64,000 nt of DNA, taken from Leucoraja erinacea (taxonomy: Eukaryota). Under the pieces are notes generated by a model. That model was not told the DNA's origin and did not search any database. It was given only the letters and a program-made list of their open reading frames with translations. Both the position numbers and the translations under genes were made by a program. Location: NCBI RefSeq assembly GCF_028641065.1, contig NC_073400.1, positions 32,736,001-32,800,000 on the forward strand, in the 5' to 3' direction. Each line of letters opens with the position of its first letter. Position 1 is the first letter of the stretch. Shown piece after piece: positions 11,839-24,900 of this stretch.

Positions 11839-11888
11839 TGTGAAGGTTTGGGACCTGGAGCAGAAGACCGTGCTGAACTCTTACCAAG
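11839..11888 (+). CDS. WDR77: WDR77 exon 4 (SVKVWDLEQKTVLNSYQ)
   Basis: tgttag acceptor, G|gtgagc donor, 50 nt; VKVWD WD40 signature. Confidence 0.94.
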
Positions 11889-13015
11889 GTGAGCAACGAC
11901 AGGAATAAGATGGTTTGGTCTGTCGCACGCACATGCCACACACACATGCACGCAGGTGCGCGCGCACACACTCACTCGCCCACACACACACACACGCTGC
12001 CTTCTGTGGCAGAGAATTCCACATATTCACAACTCTCTGGGTGAAATTCTCTGCCACAGAAGACAGTGGAGGCCAATTAACTGGATGTTTTTAAGAGAGA
12101 ATTAGATTTAGCTAAAGGGATATGGAGGGAAAAAGCAGGAACGGGGTACTGATTTTCGATGATCAGCCATGATCGTATTGAATTGCGGTGCTGGCTCGAA
12201 TGGCCTACTGCACCTATTTTTCTATGTTTCTATAATAGATAAATTAACTTTTTCGCTCACAATTGTAATCAACCACCACGCCCTCAGCTAAGTACTGCAT
12301 ACACATGTGTATGTGTATACTAGACTTTGAGAAGTCAAAGACAATGTGTACTATTATCAGTGGGGAAATGTATAATTGCTGGTTCATTACACCCTACAAA
12401 AAACACAATGTTCCAACTTGTACTGATTATTAGATCTGATGGAGTCACAGAGTCATTCAGCAATGTTGTTATTGTATCTCCCATAGCTACGCCCTCTGGC
12501 AGCTTGTTCCATACACCCATCTAGTGTTGCCCCTCGGGTTCTTAGTAAATCTTTCCCCTCTGACCTTCAACCTATGCCCTGATGTAAAGTTCCGACCCGA
12601 AATACCACCTATTCCTTTTCACTGGAGATGCTGCCTGACCCACTGAGTTATTCCTGCAGTTTGTAACTAGCTTCGGTATAAACCAGCATCTGCAGTTCCT
12701 TCCTACACAAGGCAACATGTGTTGGTTTGAAACCTTCAGGAAAAAAGGTTCTGATGTGAACAGATTGTATACAAAGGGTGGTAGGTATATGGAACAAACT
12801 TCCAGAGGAGGTAGTTGAGGCAGGGACTAGCCCAACGTTTAAGAAACAGAGAGGTACAGGTTTGGAGGGATGTGGGCCAAACACAGGCAGGTGGGACAAG
12901 TTGGCTGGTTTGGACGAAGGGCCTGTTTCCATGCTGTATGACCTTGAACTGTGTTGACAATGATAGACCGGTATCACTTTGGTCAAGGATTAACACTGAA
13001 TGCTTTCTATTGCAG

Positions 13016-13086
13016 CTCACTCGGGGTCTGTATCGTGTGTTGCTGCCTGCCCTGGCAATGTGAATCTATTCCTGTCCTGTGCTCAG
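13016..13086 (+). CDS. WDR77: WDR77 exon 5 (AHSGSVSCVAACPGNVNLFLSCAQ)
   Basis: ttgcag acceptor, CAG|gtcagt donor, 71 nt, phases consistent. Confidence 0.94.
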
Positions 13087-14174
13087 GTCAGTTGGTGTCC
13101 ATTTACTTATTATCTGTGAAGTCAGTCTGCCTTCAGTGCAATGCAGAAATGTTCCCTTAAAATGCAAACTGCAATGAATGTACAATCTTCTCCGAAAGTT
13201 CAACCTTGGTGATTCAAATCCATAAATAGAACAACAAGTTTCTAACGATGCAAGCCTCTTCTCTGTGCGTTTATAAGTGTAGATACACAGACAACTTGGA
13301 ATAAAATGAATTAAAGTTTGCATTGAGAAAATGGATATTTTAAAGGAAAACCTTTTGGCAAAGGTTCCAGCCTTTTAGCAGAGTGCATTGGTAGGTTTTT
13401 GGAATCTCACCTCTTACTGTGAAACACGGCAGTGTGAAATGCTACCGTGAAAACTCGGGCCACAGTTGAGAATCTGAACCAATGTATTATTTACCTAAAG
13501 TATCATTAAGACACAATAGTTTAATTGGCATTTTGATGTCTGGAGTCAGTTCTTGACAGTTAACACATGATGAAGGGTATACTGCCACTGATAATACCCA
13601 ACATTGTTTTCAGATTTAGTATTAGGTTTCAGTTTACGTTACATCCTGATTATTACAAAGAGATTACAGTAGTAGTGCAAAGTTATCGAATAACATCTTA
13701 TTAAAAGTTCATTATTTCTTAGTACTTGAAGCTGTGGTTAGTAACATAAATGTTATAACGAGTTGTGTTAATATTAGTTTATCAGGGTTGTAGACTTGCA
13801 TGTCTGACTATCAACCCCTGTATCAATGGAAGCTTCTTCCCCACAGCCATCAGGCTATTAAACTCGCAAACATCAAACAGACTGAACAATAACAGCCTAT
13901 TGCACTTTATCTGTTCATTTATTGTGTAAATATATGATCTATGGTATATAGACACAGTGAACCTTTATCTCCTGTTCTGTATTATGTTTACATATTGTGT
14001 TGTGCTGCAGCAAGCAAGAATGTTGTTGTCCTATCTGGGACACATGACAATAAATAAACCCTCTTGCCTCTTGAGTAGATACTAATCCCTGACATTGTTT
14101 GTGATAGAGGTGATAACTTAGCAAGCGCTTTAAGTGAACCATCAACCTTTCTTGATTTGATTTTCCTCATTTAG

Positions 14175-14229
14175 GACAGGAGGCTTTTACTGTGGGACAG
14201 AAGAAATGCCAAACCAGCGCTGCGGATCG
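14175..14229 (+). CDS. WDR77: WDR77 exon 6 (DRRLLLWDRRNAKPALRI)
   Basis: atttag acceptor, G|gtgcgt donor, 55 nt; LLWD signature. Confidence 0.94.
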
Positions 14230-15213
14230 GTGCGTATCTTGCCTCCGTTTAGTGATGTCTGTGTTTCATCGATAGTAAATTCAACTTCAAGCTTTCTGTC
14301 CGCGGTTTATATTAGTCTGTGGTGTCTGATGGGCAGGTGGGCCGTTACACTATCTCCGTTGATGTGCGTTAAGAAACTATTCATGCAAACAGTCAAAAAA
14401 TATGACATATATTTGTGCGCTGTCCATGTAACTATTTCCCACAGTTGCTGGCGATCACCTGAGTTACGGAGTTGTGTGCGTATAGGGTGTAAGCAGCCCT
14501 TCAGCCCAAACTAGTCTGTTCTATCCAGGTTTTAGAGCCAAACAAGTCTATGTAAACCCATCTCTTTTAAATCCTTCTCCTCTTTATCCTTTGTGTTCTA
14601 CATACGTCTAACGTCACCCTTCAGTTTTAAAATGTCACATAGTACGCACCATTGATCGTATCCATCTTCAGCCTTCTCTGCTCCAGGGAAAACATTCCCA
14701 GCCTACTCAGCCTCTCCTTGTAACATCAAGCCCTCGAGTCCTGGCAACATCTTTTCTCCACTCTTTCCTTCCGCACTTAATGACATAAAACGTCACAGAA
14801 AGGAGACCATTTAGCTTTAGTTATTGTTGGTGCGTGAACTGATATACAGTGAGTACCCTTGTGCATGCTATCCCAATCAAATCAGTTAATGCTACATATA
14901 AATGTCATCAAGGAGAGCTCAAGTACAGTGGGTAGAATGAAGGGCAATAGCCAGAGTTCCCCTATATTGGGCCTGGTGTTTCTGAATCTTGGATCTGCAG
15001 ATATTAGTGTATTTTTGAGAATTGCAGAAAAAATACCAAATATTCCTGGTGCAGGTTGTAGTAGTTGGGAACCATCGGTTGGTGTCAATGTTGGCTATTA
15101 AACGGCAAGGTGAAGCTGAGAAATGCCACCCAGGGAAGAGGGCATGTGTGGAATTCTAAGTTGAACTGTTGCAGTTGTTACTGTCTGTTTCTAAATGTTC
15201 CATCTGGTTCCAG

Positions 15214-15285
15214 ACACGGAATTATCGCAGTGCTGCCCAACCACCGTCACATGGCACCCGCAAAACGAACAAGTCTTTGCCTTTG
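15214..15285 (+). CDS. WDR77: WDR77 exon 7 (DTELSQCCPTTVTWHPQNEQVFAF)
   Basis: ttccag acceptor, G|gtaatg donor, 72 nt; WHPQ motif. Confidence 0.93.
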
Positions 15286-16215
15286 GTAATGTGNNNNNNN
15301 NNNNNNNNNNNNNNNNNNNNNNNNNNNNNNNNNNNNNNNNNNNNNNNNNNNNNNNNNNNNNNNNNNNNNNNNNNNNNNNNNNNNNNNNNNNNNNNNNNNN
15401 NNNNNNNNNNNNNNNNNNNNNNNNNNNNNNNNNNNNNNNNNNNNNNNNNNNNNNNNNNNNNNNNNNNNNNNNNNNNNNNNNNNNNNNNNNNNNNNNNNNN
15501 NNNNNNNNNNNNNNNNNNNNNNNNNNNNNNNNNNNNNNNNNNNNNNNNNNNNNNNNNNNNNNNNNNNNNNNNNNNNNNNNNNNNNNNNNNNNNNNNNNNN
15601 NNNNNNNNNNNNNNNNNNNNNNNAACTAGTTCATAAAACTTGCAGGGGGCAGGGTTTAGTTTAGTGATACAGCGCGGAAACAGCCGAGTCAGTGATCCCC
15701 GCACACTAACACTATCCTAAAGGTTCAACGGTTTCTTTATTAGTGACATACCCATACTAGTGACAATTTACACTTACACCAAGCCAATTAACCTACAAAC
15801 CTGCACGTCTTTGGAGTGTGGGAGGAAACCGAAGATCTCAGAGAAACCCCACGCGGTCATGGGGAGAACGTACAAACTCCGTACAGACAGCACCCGTAGT
15901 CGGTATCGAACCCGGGTCTCTGGCGCTGTGAGGCAGAAGCTCTACCCGCTGCTCCACCGTGCCACCCAATAGAGTAGGGTGTAAGACAGCCTGTTGCTAA
16001 ACTGCCCAGAGGGATCACAAGCTGTGACATTTATTCCTGCCGCCTATAGATTGTCATTAAAACTTTCATTTTAATTTTAATTCCTCTCACTTTGTGTTAA
16101 TTTTACTTAGGGTTGTGATCTATTTCCTCCAGTAAATCTGGGTGAGCACAAGTTAGACACCAATTCTATGAATGTTTTGTGTGCTAAATCAACTTCTCTT
16201 TTGAAAATTTAACAG

Positions 16216-16327
16216 GGACTGAGAATGGAATAGTTGGTGTGAGAAGCTTACAGAATCAGTCGGATTGCATTCAGAGCAGTATGGTTCATTCCCGGACTGT
16301 GTCTGACCTGCAGTATTCCTCACACAG
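16216..16327 (+). CDS. WDR77: WDR77 exon 8 (GTENGIVGVRSLQNQSDCIQSSMVHSRTVSDLQYSSH)
   Basis: taacag acceptor, AG|gtgaga donor, 112 nt, phases 1/2 consistent. Confidence 0.93.
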
Positions 16328-16494
16328 GTGAGAACCGTGACAAAGTGTTGAATGACTCCTTACTGATTCAATAATGTCAACGTTAAAATACCTGTAACTT
16401 GCGCTGTTCTTGTCAGCCGGTGAGAGGAAGTTCTAGTGCAGGGTCAAGCCAGCCAGAGTCCAATCAAAGATAGTTCAAGCGTCACCAAAGAGGT

Positions 16495-17060
16495 AGATAG
16501 TAGATCGGCACCGCTCTCTGGTTGTGGCAGGATGATTCGGTTGCCAGATAAACAGCTGGGAAGAAACTGTAGGTAGACAAAAGTGCTGGAGAAACTCATC
16601 AGGTGCAGCAGCATCTATGGGGCGAAGGAAATAGGCAACGTTTCCTATTTCCCTCGCTCCATAGATGCTGCTGCACCAGCTGAGTTTTTCCAGCATCTGC
16701 AGTTCCTTCTTGGGAACTTGGGAACAATGGGAAGAAACTGTCCCTGAATCTGGTGGTGTGAGTTTTCACACATCTGTACTTTTTCCCTGAGGGGAGAAGA
16801 GGGAGTGACCAGGGTGCGACTGGTCCTTGATGATGCTGCTGGCCTTGCCGGGGCAGCGTGATGTACAAATGGAGTCGATAAAAGGGAGGTTGGTTTGTGT
16901 GATGGTCCGGGCTGCGTCCACAATACGCTGCAATTTCTTGCATTGAGCTGTTCCCAGACCAAGCTGTGATGCATCCCGATAAAATGCTTTCTATGGCGCA
17001 TCTGTAGAAGTTGGTGAGAGTTGTCGGGGACATGCCCAACTTCCTAAACATTCTCAGCAA
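16495..17060 (-). mobile_element. Rex1/Babar-like LINE 3' fragment
   Basis: ORF 16599..17060 LTNFYRCAIESILSGCITAW...LLPSGKKYR...RFRDSFFP. Confidence 0.75.
16571..16727. mobile_element. Fold-back Penelope-derived mini-element inserted in a Rex1 fragment
   Basis: Inverted arms; 14-bp direct repeat tgggaagaaactgt at 16557-16570 and 16728-16741. Confidence 0.72.
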
Positions 17061-17763
17061 GACTCGAGTAAATCAGTGGCATTATACAGTTTTGTGATAT
17101 TATTCTGATGCATTCGCGCCTTAAACTTCAAAACATAGACAATAGGTGCAGGAGTGGGCCATTCGGCCCTTCGAGCCAGCACCGCCATTCAATATGATCA
17201 TGGCTGATCATCCCCAATCAGTACCCCGTTCCTGCCTTCCCCCCATATCCCTTGATTCCATTAGCCCTAAGAGCAAAATCTGACTCTCTTTTAACCATCC
17301 AGTGAATTGGCCTCCACTGCCTTCAGTGGCGGAGAATTCCACAGATTCACAACTCTCTGGGTGAGGGTCGCCTGGCCTGGCGTTGCCTGGGATGGGATAG
17401 GAGCCACCTTGGGCTGGGCTAGTACTTCAGAACAGTGACGTCCCATCAACAACGTGTAACTTCTCTACTGTGGTTTAATATCCTGAAATACACACACTCT
17501 ACTTGTTCCGTTGAGATTAACTATCAGCTTGTAATAATTGAAGGTGGACACAAAATGCTGGAGTAACTCGACCCGAAACGTCACCCATTCCTTCTCTCCA
17601 CAGATGCTGCCTGTCCCGCTGAGTTACTCCAGTGTTTTGTGTCTACCTTTGATTTAAACCAGCGTCTGCAGTTCTTTCATACACAACTTGTAATAATTGG
17701 TGGTAGACGGTCTCTAATGTCTGAGAGTGTGGGGTTGACTGATGTTTCCTTGGTGATTTTCAG

Positions 17764-17832
17764 CTCCCCTCTTTTGGCTTCAGTCAGTGAGGATTGTTCC
17801 CTGGCCGTCGTGGACACCAACCTGTCGGAAGT
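17764..17832 (+). CDS. WDR77: WDR77 exon 9 (SSPLLASVSEDCSLAVVDTNLSE)
   Basis: tttcag acceptor, GT|gtaagt donor, 69 nt; LASxSEDCSLAV motif. Confidence 0.95.
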
Positions 17833-18260
17833 GTAAGTCACTTAAGAACCTGTTGCTTCAGCTGTATGAATATTGATTTAGAAAAATAGAAAATAGGTGC
17901 AGGAGGAGGCCATTCGGCCCTTCGAGCCAGCACCACCATTCATTGTGATCATGGCTGATCGTCCCCTATCAATAACCTGTGCCTGCCTTCTCCCCATATC
18001 CCTTGACTCCACTAGCCCCTAGAGCTCTATCTAACTCTCTTAAATCCATCCAGTGACTTGGCCTCCACTGCGCTCTGTGGCAGGGAATTCCATAACTTCA
18101 CAACTCTCTGGGTGAAATTTTTTTTTCTCCCCTTAGTCTTAAATGACCTCTCCTTTATTCTAAGACTGTGTTTCTGGACTCCCCCCAACATTGGGAACAT
18201 TTTTCCTGCATCTAGCTTGTCCAGTCCTTTTATAATTTTATATGTTTGTATGTTTTATAT

Positions 18261-18880
18261 GAAGTTTTCTCCAATTTCAAGTAACCCTTGCATCCCCTCC
18301 CTCTCCATCCCTCCCCCACCCAAGTCATACCAGCTTCAAAGTCGTCTTGTTGAGTCTTATTGTCTCTTCAAGGGCCTGTCCCACTGTACAAGGTAATTCA
18401 AGAGTTCTCCCGAGTTTTCCCCTGATTCGAACTCGGAGAATGTCCGTAGCGGGTCTGTAGGAGTTCGTGGATGTCCCGTAGCGGCTCGTACGAGTAACGG
18501 TAGGTACTCGGGGAAATCCGGTAATCTCGTGACGTTTTTGCAACACTGAAAAATATCCACGAGTAAAAAAATACCCGTGATGAAAAAATGTTTTACTTTT
18601 TACTCGTACGAGCCGCTACGGGACATCCACGAACTCCTACGGACCCTTCACGGACATTCTCCGAGTTCGAATCGGGGAAAACTCGGAAGAACTCTCGAAT
18701 TACCTCGTACAGTGGGACAGGCCCTTAACTCGTTCTTACCTAGTCCACAACTAACAATGGCCAGTTTCCTTTGTCATTATTACCGTTTTGCATGTCTTTC
18801 ATTCATTAGTTCGTTATCTCTCGACATCACCGTCTATATCTCTTGTTTCCCTCTCTCCTGACTCTCGGTCTGAAGAAGGG
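18261..18880 (+). mobile_element. Penelope-like 3' fragment interrupted by a MITE
   Basis: ttctccaatttcaagtaaccc ... ctctcggtctgaagaaggg, homologous to the region following the GIY-YIG ORF elsewhere. Confidence 0.6.
18371..18725. mobile_element. PIF/Harbinger-type MITE with long inverted arms
   Basis: TIR AGGGCCTGTCCCACTGTAC extended into over 100 bp of imperfect inverted repeat; flanks TCA/TAA. Confidence 0.85.
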
Positions 18881-18924
18881 ACTTGTATATACTGGTTCTA
18901 TTCTGTAGTTTTGTTACAGAGATA

Positions 18925-19345
18925 GGTTGAATAAGTTAGGTCTTTATTCTCTGGAGCGCAGAAGGTTAAGGGGGGACCTGATAGAGGTCTTTAAAATGAT
19001 GAGAGGGATAGACAGAGTTGATGTGGACAAGCTTTTCCCTTTGAGAATAGGGAAGATTCAAACAAGAGGACATGACTTCAGAATTAAGGGACAGAAGTTT
19101 AGGGGTAATATGAGGGGGGAACTTCTTTACGCAGAGAGTGGTGGCGGTGTGGAATGAGCTCCCAGTGGAAGTGGTGGAGGCAGGTTCATTGGTATCATTT
19201 AAAAATAAATTGGATAGGCATATGGATGAGAAGGGAATGGAGGGTTATGGTACGAGTGCAGGCAGGTGGGACTAAGGGGAAAAAAATTTGTTCGGCATGG
19301 ACTTGTAGGGCCGAGGTGGCCTGTTTCCGTGCTGTAATTGTTATA
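18925..19345 (+). mobile_element. CR1-clade LINE 3' fragment
   Basis: LGLYSLERRRLRGDLIEVFKMMRG...TRGH. Confidence 0.8.
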
Positions 19346-19600
19346 TGTTAATCCCGCAGACATTGCCACTTTCATTTCACTGCACATCTTGTATGTGTAT
19401 GTCACAAATAAAGTTGACTTGACCCGAAACGTCACCCATTCCTTCTCTCCAGAGATGCCGTCTGTCCCGCTGAGTTACTCCAGCTTTTTGTGCATCTGCT
19501 GTTCCTTTCTGCACTCTTTAAAAATTCTGTTGCATTAACCACTTGCGTTTCCCATATATCGAAGCATCAAAAGTGATCCTTTGTTTGAAATTGTTTCTAG

Positions 19601-19742
19601 GTTCCGGAACAGGTCGCACACGGACTTCATCCGCAGTGTGTCCTGGTCACCGCTCAAGCCCAACCTGCTCACCACGGCAGGGTGGGACCACCAAGTGCTT
19701 CACCACACCGTCAACGTGGACAAGGGGGCAGTCAAGGCATGA
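19601..19742 (+). CDS. WDR77: WDR77 exon 10, terminal (VFRNRSHTDFIRSVSWSPLKPNLLTTAGWDHQVLHHTVNVDKGAVKA*)
   Basis: ttctag acceptor, TGA at 19740-19742; LLTTxGWDHQVxHH motif; summed CDS 966 nt is in frame. Confidence 0.95.
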
Positions 19743-20159
19743 GGGAGAAGAGGAGAAGGCAATGCTAGACGTAGAATCTTTATTTTGTACCTTTTCTATG
19801 ACCGAGCTACATGTTTGCAGGTGCCCCCAAGCTGGGAGGAGACACAGGTGACGTGTCCTGACCATCACATCAGGGCTGGCGTTTCAACTATTCATAACTC
19901 TTCACATTTCTGCTTGCGGGAAGTTGGTTAGCCTCACCAGAAGTCTCTGTCTCTCCCCCCAGCACGTTCCAAACATGGAAACAAGGAACTGCAGATATAC
20001 CAAAGATGCTGGAGTAAATGCTCCAAGTGCTGGAGTACCTCGGCGTGCCGAGCAACATCTGTGGAGAATAATGGTGAGTGATGTTTCGGGGTCGGGACCC
20101 TTCTTCAGACTGATGGGTGAAGACCACTGCCTGAAGAAAGGCCCCAATCTGAACCATCA

Positions 20160-20510
20160 CCCATCCTTTTCCTCCACAGATGCTGCCTGACCCGCTGAGT
20201 TACTCCAGCACTCTGTGACGTCACCTATCCATGTTCTCCACAGATGCTGCCTGACCCGCTGAGTTACTCCAGCACTCTGTGAAACGTCACCTATCCATGT
20301 TCTCCACAGATGCTGCCTGACCCACTAAGTTATGGTGCAGCAGCATCTATGGAGCTAAGGAAATAGGCAACGTTTCGGGCTGAAACCCTTCTGGAAATAG
20401 GCAACGTTTCGGGCCGAAACCCTTCCGGGTTTCGGCCCGAAACGTTACCTATTTCCTTAGCTCCATTGATGCTGCTGCACCCGCTGAGTTACTCCAGCAC
20501 TCTGTGTCTA
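20160..20510 (+). repeat. Composite cassette A: 66-bp tandem units plus central palindrome (Penelope terminal-repeat derived)
   Basis: Unit gaaacgtcacctatccatgttctccacagatgctgcctgacccgctgagttactccagcactctgt; fold-back at about 20335-20480. Confidence 0.8.
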
Positions 20511-20737
20511 TCTGAGTTCTATACGTGCGTGTGTGACAAGATCGGTACCTTATGTCAATGTTTGATTTATTTGGAAGTTGGGTGCAGTGCGGGTGGGAAA
20601 AGTGTTTGACAGTGTTATGGTTTACAACTTGTGATGTTCCCCAGAAATGCATTGGTGGCTGAGATACTGGGACCCCCCCCTTCTGTCTGTTTCATGTCAA
20701 GATTACAGCCACAGTAAAGGATTCGAGGAAAAAGTTC

Positions 20738-20743
20738 ATTAAA
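20738..20743 (+). terminator. Candidate WDR77 polyadenylation signal (ATTAAA)
   Basis: ATTAAA about 1 kb after the stop, followed by GT/T-rich tract (gtacttgtcggtgtttccattttttgttt); no transcript evidence. Confidence 0.4.
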
Positions 20744-21477
20744 ACATGAGATGTACTTGTCGGTGTTTCCATTTTTTGTTTAATCCTTTGGAACATCGAA
20801 CACTAACAGAGCAGAAACAGGCCATTCGGCCCATCGTGTCCGTGCTGAGCAGGATGCCAAGTCATAGGAGCAGTAGGCCATTCGGCCCATCAAGTCTACT
20901 CCGCCATTTAATCATGGCTGATCTATCTCTCCCTCCGAACCCATCCCCCTGCCTTCTCCCCATAACCCCTGACACCCGCACTAATCAAGAATCTATTTCT
21001 GCCTTTAAAATGTCCGCACCTGATGCATGTCCCTGCACATGTACACGCCTGTTAAATGCCCTAATGCTTCACACAGAGAGTGGTGAATCTCTGGAACTCT
21101 CTGCCACAGAAGGTAGTTGAGGCCACAGTTCATTGGCTATATTTAAGAGGGAGTTAGATGTGGCCCTTGTGGCTAAAGGGATCAGCGGGTATGGAGAGAA
21201 GGCAGGTACGGGATACTGAGTTGGATGATCAGCCATGATCATATTGAATGGCGGCGCAGGCTCGAAGGGCCAAATGGCCTCTACTCCTGCACCTATTTTC
21301 TATATTTCTCTGCCACTGTTGTATCTGCCTTCATCACCACCGCACCTGTTTCTGGTTCCCACCACACTCTAAAAATAACAATTGCACTGCACATCTGCTT
21401 TTAAACTTTGCCCCTCTCACCTTAAAAATCGTTGACAATTCTATCCTGGGAAAAAAGGTTCTGACTGTCCTCCCACC

Positions 21478-21980
21478 CCAGCACTCTGTGAAACGTCACC
21501 TATCCATGTTCTCCACAGATGCTGCCTGACCCGCTGAGTTACTCCAGCACTCTGTGAAACGTCACCTATCCATGTTCTCCACAGATGCTGCCTGACCCGC
21601 TGAGTTATGGTGCAGCAGCATCTATGGAGCTAAGGAAATAGGCAATGTTTCGGGCCGAAATCCTTCTGGAAATAGACAACGTTTCGGGCCGAAACCCTTT
21701 TGGGTTTCGGCCCGAAACGTTGCCTATTTCCTTAGCTCCATAGATGCTGCTGCACCCGCTGAGTTACTCCAGCACTCTGTGAAACGTCACCTATCCATGT
21801 TCTCCACAGATGCTGCCTGACCCACTGAGTTACTCCAGCACTCTGTGAAACGTCACCTATCCATGTTCTCCACAGATGCTGCCTGACCCACTGAGTTACT
21901 CCAGCACTCTGTGAAACGTCACCTATCCATGTTCTCCACAGATGCTGCCTGACCCAGAGTTACTCCAGCACTCTGTGTCT
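21478..21980 (+). repeat. Composite cassette B: 66-bp tandem units plus central palindrome
   Basis: Period 66 (21781, 21847, 21913); fold-back at about 21609-21756. Confidence 0.85.
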
Positions 21981-24900
21981 GTGTTCAGGTTTTGTGTTGT
22001 CGTGGTGTAAGAATGCAGAGCGTCTGTAGATGGCGCCGTAGGACAAGGCTCCATCCACAAGCTAGATAAGGAACTGCAGATGCTGGGCTCTTGATCAAAG
22101 CACAAAGTGCTGGAGGAATCGGGCATCCTCTAGAGAGGGAATGGAGAATCAGGACACAAAGTACTAGAGGAATCAGGCAGCCTCTAGAGAGGGAATGGAG
22201 AATCAGGACACAGGAGCTGGAATAACACCAGCGGGTCAGGCAGCAACTCTGGAGAACGTGTGTAGGTGACGGTTTGGGTCGGGGACTCTTCCTCAGACCC
22301 GAAAAGTCACCTATCAGTGTAGTGCAGGGGTGCTGCCTGATCTGCTGAGACACTCCAGCACTTTGGGTCTTTTTTTTTGTAAACCAAAATTTGTGTGGAA
22401 ACAGGCCCTTCGGCCCAACTTGCCCACACTGGCCAACATGTCCCAGCTACACTAGTCCCACCTGGTCCATATCCCTCCAAACTTGTCCAATCCGTGTAGT
22501 TCTTAGTCTCCATGGAGCGGTACAGCACAGGAACATGATGCCATGTTAAACTAATCCCCTCTGCCTAAACGTGATCCATATCCCTCCATTCCCTGCATAT
22601 CCATGTGCCTGTCCAAAAACCTATTATAGACAATAGCTGTAGGAGTAGGCCATTCGGCCCTTCGAACCAGCACCGCCCTTCAATGTGATCATGGCTGATC
22701 ATCCCCGATCAGTACCCCGTTCCTGCCTTCTCCCCATATCCCCTGACTCCGCTATCTTTAAGAGCCCTATTTAGTTCTCTCTTGAAAGCATCCAGACAAC
22801 CTGCCTCCACCGCCCTCTGAGGAAGAAAATTCCACAGACTCACAACTCTCTGTGAGAAAAAGTTTTTCCTCGTCTCCGTTCTTAATGGCCGACCCCTTAC
22901 TCTTAAACTGATTATTAAACACCACTCACTGCCTCCAGCACCACCCCTGGCAGCTCGTTCCAAGCACCCAGCACCCTCTGTGTGAAATAAAACTTGCCCC
23001 GCACATCTTCTTTCAACTTTCCCTCTCTCACCTTCATGCCATTCCCCCCAGTCCTTGACATTTCCACACTGGAGACAAGGTTCTGACTGTCTACCCTATC
23101 TATGCTTCAGGCAGTTAACATTGAAAGAAACTTTGCTCAGTATTCCGCAGATTCAGTTTGTTACTGGTTTTCCTGCATTCAGCTGCGTACAGACCCATCT
23201 AGTGGTCTCTTCTTGTGAATGAAACATAAATAAAACCAAAGGAATAGTTAGATCTCAAGCCGGGTGTGGAGCAGCCAGGTTGTTGTCTCTGTTGGAGTCA
23301 ATGTCTGCCAGGCCCTGACACAGCTCCATGTGGTGGGTGGTAGAGCGGGCACCCAGAGATGACATTGTTGGCTGTGTGTTGTTCTGCTCCACATTCACAG
23401 GCTGGGCTCTGGCGGAGGGAGTCCCCATCTCCACACGCGGGCACTGGAACGCCCAACTCCAGGACCAAGTCTGTTGAGCTTCACCCACCCACGCTCTTCT
23501 GGGGAGGTCACACCCGGGACAGCGTTTATCTGGTGATTAGATGTAGCTGTGTAATGGAGATGAGGTTGCCTTCCACTCCTGTGGCCACACGGTGGCTATC
23601 CAGTGTGCTTAATGATAAATTAGGGGTAGTCCATTTAAGACTGAGATGAATAAAAACCTTTTCACCCAGAGAGTTGTGAATCTGTGGAATTCTCTGCCAC
23701 AGAAGTCAGTGGAGGCCAATTCACTGGGTGTTTTCATAGAAACATAGAAATTAGGTGCAGGAGTAGGCCATTCGGCCCTTCGACCATTAGGCCCCAGCAC
23801 CGCCATTCAATATGATCATGGCTGATCATCCAACTCAGTATCCCGTACCTGCCTTCTCTCCATACCCTCTGATCCCCTTGGCCACAAGGGCCACATCTAA
23901 CTCCCTCTTAAATATAGCCAATGAACTGGCCTCAACTACCTCAACTAACTCTCATGAGAGAGTTAGATTCAGCTCTTAGGGCTAACGGAATCATGGGATT
24001 TTCACACAGAGAGTGGTGAATCTCTGGAACTCTCTGCCGCAGAGGGTAGTCAAGGCCAGTTCATTGGCTATATTTAAGAGGGAGTTAGATGTGGCCCTTG
24101 TGGCTAAGGGGATCAGAGGGTATGGAGAGAAGGCAGGTACGGGATACTGAGTTGGATGATCAGCCATGATCATATTGAATGGCGGTGCAGGCTCGAAGGG
24201 CTGAATGGCCTCTACTCCTGCACCTAATTTCTATGTTTCTATGATATGGGGAGAAAGCAGGAACTGATTGTGGGTGATCAGCCGTGATCATATTGAATGG
24301 CGGTGCAGGCTCATGCGCCCATTTCTATGTTTCTAAATTGGTGTCTCACTGCTAGTTATTAAACCATAAATCAAGAACTGTGTTTAGAATGTATTTATAG
24401 AATTGTGGGAATGCTGTCATTAGTCATCCAGATCACACAGCGAGTACATTCGGGGGTCATATCAATGGATGTTTACTGTGGAATGTGGAATTCACTCTGT
24501 GGATCCAAGCCTGTGAGCTGTTGTGTAAAAATAAACCCAGCTCCATGTCCTCTCTTTGCCATGGCAACGTTACCGACTGTAAGAGTCGTCGAGTGACTCT
24601 AGGGTAACTCCACACATCACGACGTGTTTCAGTAGCAACTTAGCAACTGCAGATGCGGGCATCTTGTTACAAATGTTGACAACAATGCTGGACAAACTCA
24701 GCGGGTGAGGCAGCAACTGGAGCGAAGGAATAGGTGACGTTTCAATACACAATAGGTGTAGGAGTAGAGGCCATTCGGCCCTTTGTGCTAGCATCGCCAT
24801 TCAATGTGATCACGGCTGATCATCCCCAATCAGTACCCCGTTCCTGCCTTCTCCCCATATCCCCTGACTCCACTATTTTTAAGAGCCCTATCTAGCTCTC

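Noticed and set aside
21478-21980. CRISPR-like regular repeats
   Set aside because: Units are contiguous with no unique spacers, there are no cas genes, and the context is vertebrate; the unit derives from a retroelement terminus
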